The notes: generated by a model not told the origin, from the letters alone. DNA of 64,000 nucleotides from Vicinamibacteria bacterium (GCA_035542035.1 DATKME010000065.1:11525-75524), one strand, 5' to 3'; numbered from the stretch's first letter, positions 47,008 through 55,722 are shown. Numbers and translations: made by a program.

Positions 47008-47646
47008 GTGCTGACCGTCAACGAGGTCTTCTTCTCGATCCAGGGTGAGGGCACCCGCGCCGGTCGGCCCTGCGTGTTCGTGCGCTTGACCGGGTGCCCC
47101 CTGCGCTGCGCGTGGTGCGACACCGCCTACGCCTTCCACGAGGGCCGCAAGCGCTCCTCTGACGAGGTCGTCGCCGAGGTGGAGCGCTGGCCCAGCCGGC
47201 TGCTGTGCCTCACCGGGGGCGAGCCGCTGGCCCAGCCGGCGGCGTTTCCCTTCGTCGCCCGGCTGGCGGACCACGGCTGGGAGGTGGTGGTCGAGACCTC
47301 GGGCCACGTGAGCCTGGAGCACCTCGACCCCCGGGTCGTCGCGGTGATGGACGTGAAGGCGCCGGGCTCCGGCGAGAGCGGGCGGATGGACTGGTCGAAC
47401 CTCGAGCGGCTGGCGGCCAAGGACGAGGCCAAGTTCGTCCTGGACGGCCGCGCCGACTACGAGTGGTCGCGCGACCTCGTGCGCGAGCGGCGGCTGGCCG
47501 AGCGCTGCACGGTCCTCTTCTCTCCCGTCCACGGCCGGCTCGACCCGGGGCAGCTCGGCCGCTGGGTCCTCGCGGACGGGCTGCCGGTGCGTGTGCAGGT
47601 GCAGCTGCACAAGATCCTGTGGCCGGGGGAGACCCGGGGGGTATGA
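47008..47646 (+). CDS. queE: 7-carboxy-7-deazaguanine synthase (radical SAM)
   Basis: This is the in-frame part of ORF 46687..47646, starting at GTG 47008. VNEVFFSIQGEGTRAGRPCVFVRLTGCPLRCAWCDT is the QueE N-terminus with the CxxxCxxC cluster motif. Confidence 0.85.
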   Translation: MLTVNEVFFSIQGEGTRAGRPCVFVRLTGCPLRCAWCDTAYAFHEGRKRSSDEVVAEVERWPSRLLCLTGGEPLAQPAAFPFVARLADHGWEVVVETSGHVSLEHLDPRVVAVMDVKAPGSGESGRMDWSNLERLAAKDEAKFVLDGRADYEWSRDLVRERRLAERCTVLFSPVHGRLDPGQLGRWVLADGLPVRVQVQLHKILWPGETRGV

Positions 47647-48323
47647 GCGCCCGCGCGCTCGCCGTCGTCTGCGTCAGCGGGGGCATGGACTCGGCCGTCA
47701 CCGCGGCCCTCGCCGCCGGGGAGCACCGCACGGCCTTCCTGCATGCCGACTACGGCCAGCGCACCGAGGCGAAGGAGCGCGCCTGCTTCGAGGCGCTGGC
47801 GGAGGCCTACTCCGCCGAGGCGCGCCTGGTCGTCGACTTCCCGGCCCTGCGCCAGATCGGCGGCAGCAGCTTGACCGACTCCCGCATCCCCGTCCGCGAG
47901 GGCGACCCGGTCGAGGGGGTGGTCCCCACGTCCTACGTGCCCTTCCGCAACGCCCACCTGCTGGCGGCGGCCGTCTCCTGGGCGGAGGTGATCGGCGCCG
48001 GCTTCGTCTTCGTCGGCGCTGTCTGGGAAGACTCCTCCGGGTACCCCGACTGCCGGCCCGAGTTCTACCGCGCCTACGAGGAGGCGATCCGTCTCGGCAC
48101 CCGGCCGGACACCTCCATCCGCATCGTCACGCCGGTCATCGGCCTGTCGAAGGCCGAGATCGTCCGCACCGGCCTGCGGCTGGGGGTGCCTTTCGAGAAG
48201 ACCTGGTCCTGCTACCAGGCCAGCCAGCGGGCCTGCGGCCGCTGCGAGTCCTGCCGGCTGCGCCTCTCGGGGTTCCGCGGCGCAGGGGCGGCCGACCCGA
48301 TTCCCTACGAAACGGCTTGGTGA
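47643..48323 (+). CDS. queC: 7-cyano-7-deazaguanine (preQ0) synthase
   Basis: ATG 47643 overlaps the queE stop (ATGA). PP-loop SGGMDS and C-terminal zinc cysteines CYQ...ACGRCESCRLR. Confidence 0.9.
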   Translation: MSARALAVVCVSGGMDSAVTAALAAGEHRTAFLHADYGQRTEAKERACFEALAEAYSAEARLVVDFPALRQIGGSSLTDSRIPVREGDPVEGVVPTSYVPFRNAHLLAAAVSWAEVIGAGFVFVGAVWEDSSGYPDCRPEFYRAYEEAIRLGTRPDTSIRIVTPVIGLSKAEIVRTGLRLGVPFEKTWSCYQASQRACGRCESCRLRLSGFRGAGAADPIPYETAW

Positions 48324-48369
48324 GACACTAGGCGCCGTGGAAGGACGCAACCTACTGGAGGGAAGTCAC

Positions 48370-49311
48370 ATGAAGCGTGCGCTCGCTGCCGCCTTTCTGC
48401 TGGTCGGCCTGGCGCTCATCGCCTCCGCGGCGCAGGCCCAGACCGGCACCGCGCGGGGCAAGGTGGTCGACGCCGACAACAAGCCCGTCGTCGACGCCAA
48501 GGTCCTGATCGAGTTCCAGGGCGGCATCAACCGCAAGTTCGAGACGAAGACCAACAAGAAGGGCGAGTGGATGCAGGTCGGGATGCAGCCGGGGCCCTAC
48601 AAGTTCACCGCGAGCAAGGAAGGCTACCAGCCGGGTGTCGTCGACAACTTCAAGATCAACCTCGGCGACCCCACCGAGGTGCCGCTCTTCAAGCTGCAGA
48701 CGGCAGCGGCGGCAGCCAACGCGCCCGGCGGCCCGATGGACCAGCTGCGCAAGGCGTTCCAGGCCGCGGTGGAGCTGCAGAACGCGAACAAGCTGGACGA
48801 GGCCGAGGCCGCCTACAAGGCGATCCTGCAGACGAACCCGGACGTTCCGGAGGTGCACCTCAACCTCGGCAACGTCCTGGCGACGAAGAAGGACAACGCC
48901 AACGCCGAGGCCGAGTTCCAGAAGGCGCTCGAGCTGCGCCCCGGCTACACGGACGCGATGACCCAGCTCACGCGGCTCTACCAGTCGACGGGACAGACGG
49001 ACAAGGCCGCGGCGCTGGTCGACCAGATGGGAACCGTCAACCCGCAGGACCCCAGGGCCCAGTACAACCGCGGCGTGTTCCTGATGCAGAACGGCAAGAC
49101 CGAGGACGCGGCCAAGGCCTTCGAGGCGGCGACGGCCGCCGACCCCAACATGGCCGACGCCTGGTACTGGCTGGGAAGCCAGGACCTGAACCTGGGGAAG
49201 AACGACGAGGCCATCAAGGCCTACGAGAAGTACCTCTCGCTGAACCCCCAGAACGCCCAGCAGGTCCAGGCCGCAACGGGCATCGTCGCCGCGCTGAAGA
49301 AGAAGAAGTGA
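48370..49311 (+). CDS. Secreted protein with a carboxypeptidase-regulatory-like (Ig-like) N-domain and TPR repeats
   Basis: ATG 48370 follows GGAGGGA. Signal peptide MKRALAAAFLLVGLALIASAAQA. GTARGKVVDADNKPVVDAKV...GPYKFTASKEGYQP is a CarboxypepD_reg-like fold. Several TPR-like A/Y/L helices follow. Confidence 0.8.
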   Translation: MKRALAAAFLLVGLALIASAAQAQTGTARGKVVDADNKPVVDAKVLIEFQGGINRKFETKTNKKGEWMQVGMQPGPYKFTASKEGYQPGVVDNFKINLGDPTEVPLFKLQTAAAAANAPGGPMDQLRKAFQAAVELQNANKLDEAEAAYKAILQTNPDVPEVHLNLGNVLATKKDNANAEAEFQKALELRPGYTDAMTQLTRLYQSTGQTDKAAALVDQMGTVNPQDPRAQYNRGVFLMQNGKTEDAAKAFEAATAADPNMADAWYWLGSQDLNLGKNDEAIKAYEKYLSLNPQNAQQVQAATGIVAALKKKK

Positions 49312-50003
49312 TCGCGGATCGCGTGGCCGCCGTCCGGGAGCGCATCGCCCGGGCGGCGCTGCGCGCTTCGCGACCGCCCGAGTCGGTGACTCTCGTCGCC
49401 GTCAGCAAGACGTTTCCGGCCGAGGCCGTGCGCGCCGGCTTCGCCGCCGGCCTGCGCGACTTCGGCGAGAACCGGGTGCAGGAGGCGGAGCCGAAGATCG
49501 CCTCGCTGGCCGACCTCGCCTCGCCGGTGCGCTGGCACCTGGTCGGGCACCTGCAGACCAACAAGGCCCGCCGCGCCGCCGCCCTGTTCGAGGTCGTGCA
49601 TTCGGTCGACTCGTCCGAGCTCGCCCGGCGGCTGGCGCGGGCGGCGCAGGAGGCGGGGCGGACGCTGCGGGCCCTGGTGCAGGTGGACCTCGCCGGCGAG
49701 GAGACGAAATTCGGCGTCGACGAGAAGTGCCTGCTGCCCCTGCTCGAGGAGCTGCGAGGCCTGGCCGGGCTGCGGGTCGAGGGGCTGATGCTGCTGCCGC
49801 CCTTCTTCTCGGACCCCCAGGCCGCGCGGCCGTACTTCGGCCGGCTGCGGGCGCTGCGCGACCGGGCGACGGCGGCCGGCCTGCTCGCCGGCTGCGAGCT
49901 GTCGATGGGGATGAGCCACGACCTCGAGGCCGCGGTCGAGGAGGGCGCGACCATGGTGCGGGTGGGGACGGCGATCTTCGGGGAGAGAGAGGCGGCGGCC
50001 TGA
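49308..50003 (+). CDS. yggS: YggS-family pyridoxal-phosphate homeostasis protein
   Basis: GTG 49308 overlaps the upstream stop (GTGA). LVAVSKTFP (PLP lysine), FGENRVQE, WHLVGHLQTNK and the C-terminal SMGMS.D...A...G.T.VR.G..IFG are all present. Confidence 0.85.
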   Translation: MIADRVAAVRERIARAALRASRPPESVTLVAVSKTFPAEAVRAGFAAGLRDFGENRVQEAEPKIASLADLASPVRWHLVGHLQTNKARRAAALFEVVHSVDSSELARRLARAAQEAGRTLRALVQVDLAGEETKFGVDEKCLLPLLEELRGLAGLRVEGLMLLPPFFSDPQAARPYFGRLRALRDRATAAGLLAGCELSMGMSHDLEAAVEEGATMVRVGTAIFGEREAAA

Positions 50004-50030
50004 CGGGCCGCGCGCCGGGGAGGAGGGGCG

Positions 50031-50366
50031 GTGCTGCTGCTGGCGGACGTGATGATGGGCGTCGCCCGGGTGCTCTCCTGGGTGCTCTGGTTCTACGAGA
50101 TCGTCCTGATCGCCCGCGCGGTCGTCTCCTGGGTCAGCGCCGACCCGCGCAACCCGATCGTCGGCTTCCTGCACGCGGCGACCGACCCCCTGCTGCGGGT
50201 GATCCGCCGCCTGCTGCCGATGAGCCTGCGCTACTTCCCGATCGACATCGCCTTCCTGGTGCTGTTCGCCCTGGTCATCTTCGCCAACCACGCCGTCGTG
50301 CAGACGCTGGTGGACTACGCCACGGTGCTGCGGCTGCAGGCGCTGCCCGGCGGCGTGCAGGGATAG
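50031..50366 (+). CDS. yggT: YggT family membrane protein
   Basis: About 110 aa with two TM segments. IARAVVSWVSADPRNPIVGFLHAATDPLLRVIRR is the YggT signature. Confidence 0.8.
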   Translation: MLLLADVMMGVARVLSWVLWFYEIVLIARAVVSWVSADPRNPIVGFLHAATDPLLRVIRRLLPMSLRYFPIDIAFLVLFALVIFANHAVVQTLVDYATVLRLQALPGGVQG

Positions 50367-50375
50367 GAGGAGGAC

Positions 50376-50885
50376 GTGAAGATCTCGCCGATGGACATCC
50401 AGCGGCAGACGTTCGCCAAGCAGCTGCGCGGGTTCGATCCCGACGAGGTGCACGCCTTCCTCTCGGTGGTGGCGGAGGAGATGGCGACGCTGCAGCGGGA
50501 CAAGGACGAGGTCGAGCAGCAGCTGCACCAGCTGGAGCAGATCGTGGCCGAGCACCGGGAGCGGGAGACCATCCTCAAGAACACCCTGCTCACCGCCCAG
50601 AAGGCTGCGGAGGACATCCGCGAGAACGCCCGCAAGGAGGCGGAGCTGGTGGTGAAGGAGGCCGAGCTGCAGGCCGACCGGCTGCTGGAGCTGGCCCAGG
50701 GCCGCGCCCACGAGCTGGAGCGCGGGATCATGGAGCTGCGCGCCCAGCGCAGCGCGCTGCGCACCGACGTGCGCGCCTTCATCACCCGGCTCACCCAGAT
50801 CCTCGACCTGCAGGAGGAGGCGGAGCTGGAGGACAACCTGCGCTTCCTCAAGCGGCGCGAGGAGGCCGCCGGCGGCCAGCGCTAG
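50376..50885 (+). CDS. divIVA: DivIVA domain-containing protein
   Basis: N-terminus MKISPMDIQRQTFAKQLRGFDPDEVHAFL followed by a coiled coil. AGGAGGAGGA lies upstream of GTG 50376. Confidence 0.85.
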   Translation: MKISPMDIQRQTFAKQLRGFDPDEVHAFLSVVAEEMATLQRDKDEVEQQLHQLEQIVAEHRERETILKNTLLTAQKAAEDIRENARKEAELVVKEAELQADRLLELAQGRAHELERGIMELRAQRSALRTDVRAFITRLTQILDLQEEAELEDNLRFLKRREEAAGGQR

Positions 50886-50889
50886 ACGG

Positions 50890-51189
50890 ATGCCGCTCGA
50901 CCTTCGTGAAACGGCACAAGGGCTGACCCTGCGGGTGCGCGTGCAGCCGCGGGCGCAGAGGGACGCGCTCTGCGGCGAGCGCGACGGCGCCCTCGTGGTG
51001 CGGGTGACGGCGCCTCCGGTCCAGGGGCGGGCCAACGAGGCCCTCGCCCGCGTGCTGGGCGAGGCGCTGGACGTGCCGCCCTCTGCCGTGCGCGTGGTGC
51101 GTGGCGCCGCCGGGCGGGACAAGCTGGTGGCGGTGTCGGGCCTGAGCGTGGCTTCCGCCCGGCAGAAGCTCGGGGAGCTCCCGCTTTGA
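50890..51189 (+). CDS. yggU: DUF167 (YggU/UPF0235) family protein
   Basis: 99 aa. L.VRVQPRA.RDAL....DGALVVRVTAPPVQGRANEAL...L...L is typical of DUF167. Confidence 0.8.
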   Translation: MPLDLRETAQGLTLRVRVQPRAQRDALCGERDGALVVRVTAPPVQGRANEALARVLGEALDVPPSAVRVVRGAAGRDKLVAVSGLSVASARQKLGELPL

Positions 51190-52454
51190 TCGTCGCGGAA
51201 GCGGCGGTTCGCCGGGTCGGGCTGCTGGCGACGCTGGCGGGGGAGGCGCCCCGCCTCGGCGCGCGGATGCGCGACCTCGCGCTCCGGCGCGACGCCGCCC
51301 TCGCCGTCGCCGGCGGTCGGATCGCCTGGGTCGGGGACGACGCCGCCTTCGACGGCGCGGTGCGGCTCGCCTCCGGGGCGAGAGTGATCGACGCCGCGGG
51401 CGCTGCCGTGGTGCCCGGCTTCGTCGACGCCCACACCCACCTCGCCTTCGCCGGCGACCGCGACGACGAGATCCGGGCCCGACTGGCCGGTGCGACCTAC
51501 GCCGAGATCGCCGCCCAGGGCGGGGGCATCGTGCGCACCGTGGACGCCACCCGCTCCGCCTCCCGGGAGGAGCTGGCCGGCCTCGTCTGCTCGCGTCTCG
51601 ACGAGATGCTGCTGTGCGGCACCACCACCGCCGAGGTGAAGAGCGGCTACGGCCTGGAGACGGCCGCCGAGCTGCGCAGCCTGGAGGCGATCCGGCTGGC
51701 CGCGTCATCCCACCCGGTCGGCGTGGTACCGACCTTCCTCGGCGCCCACGAGGTGCCGCGCGAGCACCGCCAGCACCGCGCCCGCTACCTGGACCTGCTG
51801 GTCGAGGAGATGATCCCGGAGGTCGCCTCACGCGGCCTGGCCGTCTTCGCCGACGTCTTCTGCGAGCGCGGCGTCTTCAGCGTCGAGGAGAGCCGGCGGA
51901 TCCTGGGCGCCGCCCGTGACCGCGGGATGAAGCTGCGCCTGCACGCCGACGAGCTGGGAGACACCGGCGGGGCGGCACTGGCGGCCGAGATCGGCGCCCG
52001 CTCGGCCGACCACCTCGTGTTCGTCTCCGAGGCGGGCATCGCCGCGCTGGCCGAGGCGTCCTGCACGGCCACGCTCCTGCCCACGGCGTCGTTCTACCTG
52101 CGGCTGGGCCGCTTCGCCCCGGCGCGGGCGCTGGTCGATGCCGGCGCGCCGGTGGCGCTGGCCTCGGACGTGAACCCCGGCGGCGGCCTCTCGCCCTCCC
52201 TGCCGCTGGCCATGGCCGTCGGCTGCTTCTCAATGGGGCTCTCGCTGGAGGAGGCGCTCGCCGCCGTCACCGCCAACGCCGCGTACTCCCTGGACCTGCA
52301 TCGCGAGGTGGGCTCGATCGAGGTGGGCAAGCGGGCGGACCTGCTGCTGCTGCGCTCGCCGCGGCTGCTCGACCTCGTCCGCGTGGGCGTGCCGGCGATC
52401 CGCGCCGTGGTCAAGAGCGGGCTGCTCGTCGTCGAGGACGGCCGTCGGGCGTGA
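51186..52454 (+). CDS. hutI: Imidazolonepropionase (amidohydrolase superfamily)
   Basis: VPGFVDAHTHLAFAGDR..E...R..G..YAEIAAQGGGI, TTAEVKSGYGL, LHADEL and SDVNPG match HutI-specific motifs. The TTG start overlaps the upstream stop (TTGA). Confidence 0.8.
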   Translation: MIVAEAAVRRVGLLATLAGEAPRLGARMRDLALRRDAALAVAGGRIAWVGDDAAFDGAVRLASGARVIDAAGAAVVPGFVDAHTHLAFAGDRDDEIRARLAGATYAEIAAQGGGIVRTVDATRSASREELAGLVCSRLDEMLLCGTTTAEVKSGYGLETAAELRSLEAIRLAASSHPVGVVPTFLGAHEVPREHRQHRARYLDLLVEEMIPEVASRGLAVFADVFCERGVFSVEESRRILGAARDRGMKLRLHADELGDTGGAALAAEIGARSADHLVFVSEAGIAALAEASCTATLLPTASFYLRLGRFAPARALVDAGAPVALASDVNPGGGLSPSLPLAMAVGCFSMGLSLEEALAAVTANAAYSLDLHREVGSIEVGKRADLLLLRSPRLLDLVRVGVPAIRAVVKSGLLVVEDGRRA

Positions 52455-53554
52455 GCTGCGCCGGGCCCGCGCGCGTCCGCGCGCTCTCCTTCCACGCCCG
52501 CTACCGCTGCCGCGACAGCGGTGTCTGCTGCTCGTCGGGCTGGGACATCCCGGTCGAGGGGGTCAGGTCCCGTGTTGTAGCGCACGATTCGACTCGCCGT
52601 ACCGCGGCCGGCCAGCTGGTACTCCGCCACGATGCGGCCGGCCGCTGCGTCTTCCTCGAGGGACCGGCCGGCTCGACACGCTGCGCCGTGCACCGTCAGC
52701 GCGGGCCCGAGGCGCTGCCCTCCGCGTGCCGGCAGTTCCCGAGGGTGTCGCTGCTCACGCCCCTCGGCGTCTCGGTCACGCTCTCGCACTACTGTCCGAC
52801 GGCGGCGGCGCTGCTGTTCGAGGACCCGGACGGCCCGGCGTGGATCGTGGAGGACGCACCGGCGTTCCCGCCCGACTGGCCCTACGAGGGGCTGGACGCA
52901 CGCCAGGCGCTGCCGCCTCTGTTGCGTCCCGGCGTGCTGACGAGCTGGGCTGCGCACGAGCGCTGGGAGGCTCACGCGATCGCCGTGCTGACGACGGGCG
53001 TCCCGCCGGAGGCGGCACTCGCCCGCCTCGCGGTCGAGGCGGAGGCCGCGCGGCGCTGGACGCCGACGGACGGCGACTTCGACCGCTTCCTCGATGCCGT
53101 GCTGGAGGCGGGTGAGCTCGCCGAGCCGCCTCCCACCCGTGCCGTTGCAGACCTGGATGCGTGGGACCTCGTGGCCGCGACCGTGCCGGAAGGGAACCCG
53201 CGGCCGCCGCGGCCGACCGCCGCTGCCGGGACGGAGGCCGTCTCGGCGGGCTGGCCGTCGCTCCGGCGTCCGGTCGGCCGCTGGCTCGCCTCGAAGGCGT
53301 TCGGCAGCTGGCTGGCCCTGCAGGGAGCCGGCCTGCGCACGACCGCCCTCGGCCTGCAGGTGGCCCTGGGGGTGCTGCGGGCGGAAGCGGTCGGCGGCTG
53401 CTCGCGCGCCGGTCGACCCCTCGACGCGGCGCTTCTCCAGGAGGCCCTCCGCCGTGCCGACCTGCTGCTCCTCCACCTCGCCGACCCGGCAGCGCTGGCC
53501 GCCCGGCTCGGCCGATGCGAGAGCGGCCGCGCGCCCGCTACTCGACCAGCCTGA
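52451..53554 (+). CDS. Cys-rich YkgJ/FliB-like (putative zinc/iron-chelating, lysine-N-methylase-like) protein
   Basis: YRCRDSGVCCSSGWDIPVE and GRCVFLEG....RCAVHRQRGPEALPSACRQFPR resemble the CxxCxxCC...C.FL...C.I....P..C..FP pattern of the YkgJ/FliB family, from memory. GTG overlaps the hutI stop (GTGA). Confidence 0.5.
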   Translation: MSCAGPARVRALSFHARYRCRDSGVCCSSGWDIPVEGVRSRVVAHDSTRRTAAGQLVLRHDAAGRCVFLEGPAGSTRCAVHRQRGPEALPSACRQFPRVSLLTPLGVSVTLSHYCPTAAALLFEDPDGPAWIVEDAPAFPPDWPYEGLDARQALPPLLRPGVLTSWAAHERWEAHAIAVLTTGVPPEAALARLAVEAEAARRWTPTDGDFDRFLDAVLEAGELAEPPPTRAVADLDAWDLVAATVPEGNPRPPRPTAAAGTEAVSAGWPSLRRPVGRWLASKAFGSWLALQGAGLRTTALGLQVALGVLRAEAVGGCSRAGRPLDAALLQEALRRADLLLLHLADPAALAARLGRCESGRAPATRPA

Positions 53555-53844
53555 AGGGCTCCGGGCCGGCGGGACCTTTGCGCGCACGCAGCGCCGCGAG
53601 CGCCTGCAGCAGGCGTGCGGTCGGCATCCGGTCGGCCTCGCGCGCGCTCCGCAGCGCGCACACGTCCTGCTCGGTCGGACCAGCCGGTCGAGGTCGACGG
53701 CGGCGCGCGCGATGCCGTGGGCGTGCAGCCCGAGCCCGCCCACGACGGCCAGCGGGAAGCCGCCGGAGCGGGTCGAGGATGGCACGCAGCCGGGGAGGGC
53801 ACCGCGCGCGAGCCGGGCTGCGTGCTAGGATCGAACCTCCGCGG

Positions 53845-54822
53845 ATGAGCATTCTCGTCGTCGACGACCTGGTGAAGACCTACCCGGGGACGCGCAAGGC
53901 CCCGCCCGTCGAGGCGGTGCGCGGGGTGTCGTTCGCCGTGGAGAAGGGGGAGTTCTTCGGCCTGCTGGGGCCGAACGGGGCGGGCAAGAGCACGACCCTG
54001 GGCTGCATCAGCACGCTGGTGAGGCCCACCTCCGGCCGCATCCTGGTCGACGGCAGCGACGTCACCCGCGACACCCGGGAGGCCAAGCGGGGGATCGCGG
54101 TGGTGCCCCAGACCCGCAACCTCGACCGCGACCTCACGGTCCGCGAGGTGCTGACCTGGCACGGCCGCTACTTCGGCCTGGCCGCGGCCGAGCGGGAGGC
54201 CCGCGCCGACCGGCTGCTCCAGGAGCTGCAGGTGGCCGACAAGGCCCAGGCGAAGCCCGCCAACCTCTCCGGCGGCCAGCAGCAGCGGGTGATGATCGCC
54301 CGGGCGCTGATGCACGACCCCAAGGTCGTGCTTCTCGACGAGCCGACGACGGGCCTCGACCCCCAGGCCCGGCGCCTGCTGTGGGAGACGTTGCGCAGCC
54401 TGCACGAGCGGGGGACGACCTTCATCCTCACCACCCACTACATGGAGGAGGCGGACCGCCTCTGCGAGCGGCTGGCGATCGTGGACCACGGCCGCATCCT
54501 GACGCTGGACACGCCGGCGGCGCTCAAGCGCTCGCTGCCGGCCGGGCAGGTGCTCGACATGTGGGTGCGGGCGGCGCAGCCGATCGCCCCGCGCCTGCGC
54601 CGGGTGCCGGGTGTCATGAAGGTGGAGGAGGTCCAGGACGGCGGCGACGGCGGGGACGCTCTCGAGCGGCTGCGCCTGTTCGTCGACTCCGGTGACGGCC
54701 TGCTCGACCGCGTGCTGCACGCCGTGCGCGACGGCGGAGCCGACCTGCACCACGTCAGCCTCTCCCAGCCCAGCCTGGAGGACGTCTACATCCACTTCAC
54801 CGGGCGGGAGCTGCGGGATTGA
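53845..54822 (+). CDS. ABC transporter ATP-binding protein (ABC-2/DrrA-like exporter NBD)
   Basis: This is the in-frame part of ORF 53161..54822. MSILVVDDLVKTYPG, Walker A GPNGAGKST, signature LSGGQQQRV, Walker B LLDEPTTGLD. Confidence 0.9.
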   Translation: MSILVVDDLVKTYPGTRKAPPVEAVRGVSFAVEKGEFFGLLGPNGAGKSTTLGCISTLVRPTSGRILVDGSDVTRDTREAKRGIAVVPQTRNLDRDLTVREVLTWHGRYFGLAAAEREARADRLLQELQVADKAQAKPANLSGGQQQRVMIARALMHDPKVVLLDEPTTGLDPQARRLLWETLRSLHERGTTFILTTHYMEEADRLCERLAIVDHGRILTLDTPAALKRSLPAGQVLDMWVRAAQPIAPRLRRVPGVMKVEEVQDGGDGGDALERLRLFVDSGDGLLDRVLHAVRDGGADLHHVSLSQPSLEDVYIHFTGRELRD

Positions 54823-55586
54823 CCGCCTTCCTGGCGCTGCTGCGGCGCGACCTGCTGGTGACCACCCGGCACGCGGGCCCGCTGCTGCTGTCGACGCTGA
54901 CCCAGCCGATCCTGGTGATCCTGGTCTTCGGCAACATCATGCCCCGGCTGGGGCTGGTGGCCGCCGGCTTCGGCGCGGTGATGGCGCCGGGGCTGATGGC
55001 GATCACCATGCTGATGGCCGGGGTGCAGGGCGTGCTGATCCCGCTGGTGCAGGACCTGTCCGGCACCCGCGAGGTCGACGAGCGGCTGCTCGCCCCCATC
55101 TCGGTGCGCGGGGTGGCCATGGAGCGCATCGTGGCCGGCGCCATCCACTCGCTGGCGGCGGGGCTGGTCGCGCTGCCGGCGATGATCCTGCTGATGCACG
55201 GTGTCGGCCACACCGACGTGCGGCCGGCCTGGTCGCTGCTGCTGCCGCTTTCGGTCGCCTGCGGCCTCATCTCCTCGGCCTTCGGGCTGACCCTCGGCAC
55301 CCGCGTGCAGCCGCGCTTCAGCGGCCTGCTGTTCGCGGTGGTGCTGGGCCCCATGATGCTCTTCGGCTGCGCCTACTACCCCTTCGCCGCCCTCTCCCGC
55401 ATCGGCGCCTTCCAGTACGCGTTCCTGGTCAACCCGCTCACCTTCATCAGCGAGGCGATGCGGATCGCCGTCACCCCCGGCGCCGAGCACATGCCGTACG
55501 CGCTGCTGATCGTCGGCCTCGCCGCCTGGCTGTTCGTCTTCGGCTTTGCCGGGGCGCGCTCGTTCGAGAGGCGGACGATCCTGTAG
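54819..55586 (+). CDS. ABC-2 type transporter permease
   Basis: 255 aa with six hydrophobic segments. The TTG start overlaps the ATPase stop (TTGA). Confidence 0.8.
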   Translation: MTAFLALLRRDLLVTTRHAGPLLLSTLTQPILVILVFGNIMPRLGLVAAGFGAVMAPGLMAITMLMAGVQGVLIPLVQDLSGTREVDERLLAPISVRGVAMERIVAGAIHSLAAGLVALPAMILLMHGVGHTDVRPAWSLLLPLSVACGLISSAFGLTLGTRVQPRFSGLLFAVVLGPMMLFGCAYYPFAALSRIGAFQYAFLVNPLTFISEAMRIAVTPGAEHMPYALLIVGLAAWLFVFGFAGARSFERRTIL

Positions 55587-55597
55587 CCTCGCCAGCC

Positions 55598-55603
55598 TAT
55601 AAT
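55598..55603 (+). promoter_or_regulatory. Perfect TATAAT hexamer, a candidate -10 box
   Basis: It lies 12 nt after the permease stop and 10 nt upstream of GGAGG (55614-55618). A perfect TATAAT is unusual in this GC-rich background. No good -35 element was seen. Confidence 0.3.
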
Positions 55604-55722
55604 CCCGGGCCGAGGAGGCGGCGACGACCGTTCTCTGCCCGGGCTGCAGGCGCGCCATCCGCATTCCCGCCGACAAGGAGGCGATACCGAACCTGCGCGC
55701 GCGCTGCGCGGGGTGCGGGCAG

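Noticed and set aside
42769-48323. A Dpd-like 7-deazaguanine DNA-modification or defence island (queC/queD/queE plus a DinG-type helicase).
   Set aside because: No DpdA/TGT-like transglycosylase and no further Dpd helicase or nuclease genes are present. The helicase is separated from queDEC by an unrelated DMT transporter and an SRPBCC protein. The helicase looks like housekeeping DinG/XPD.
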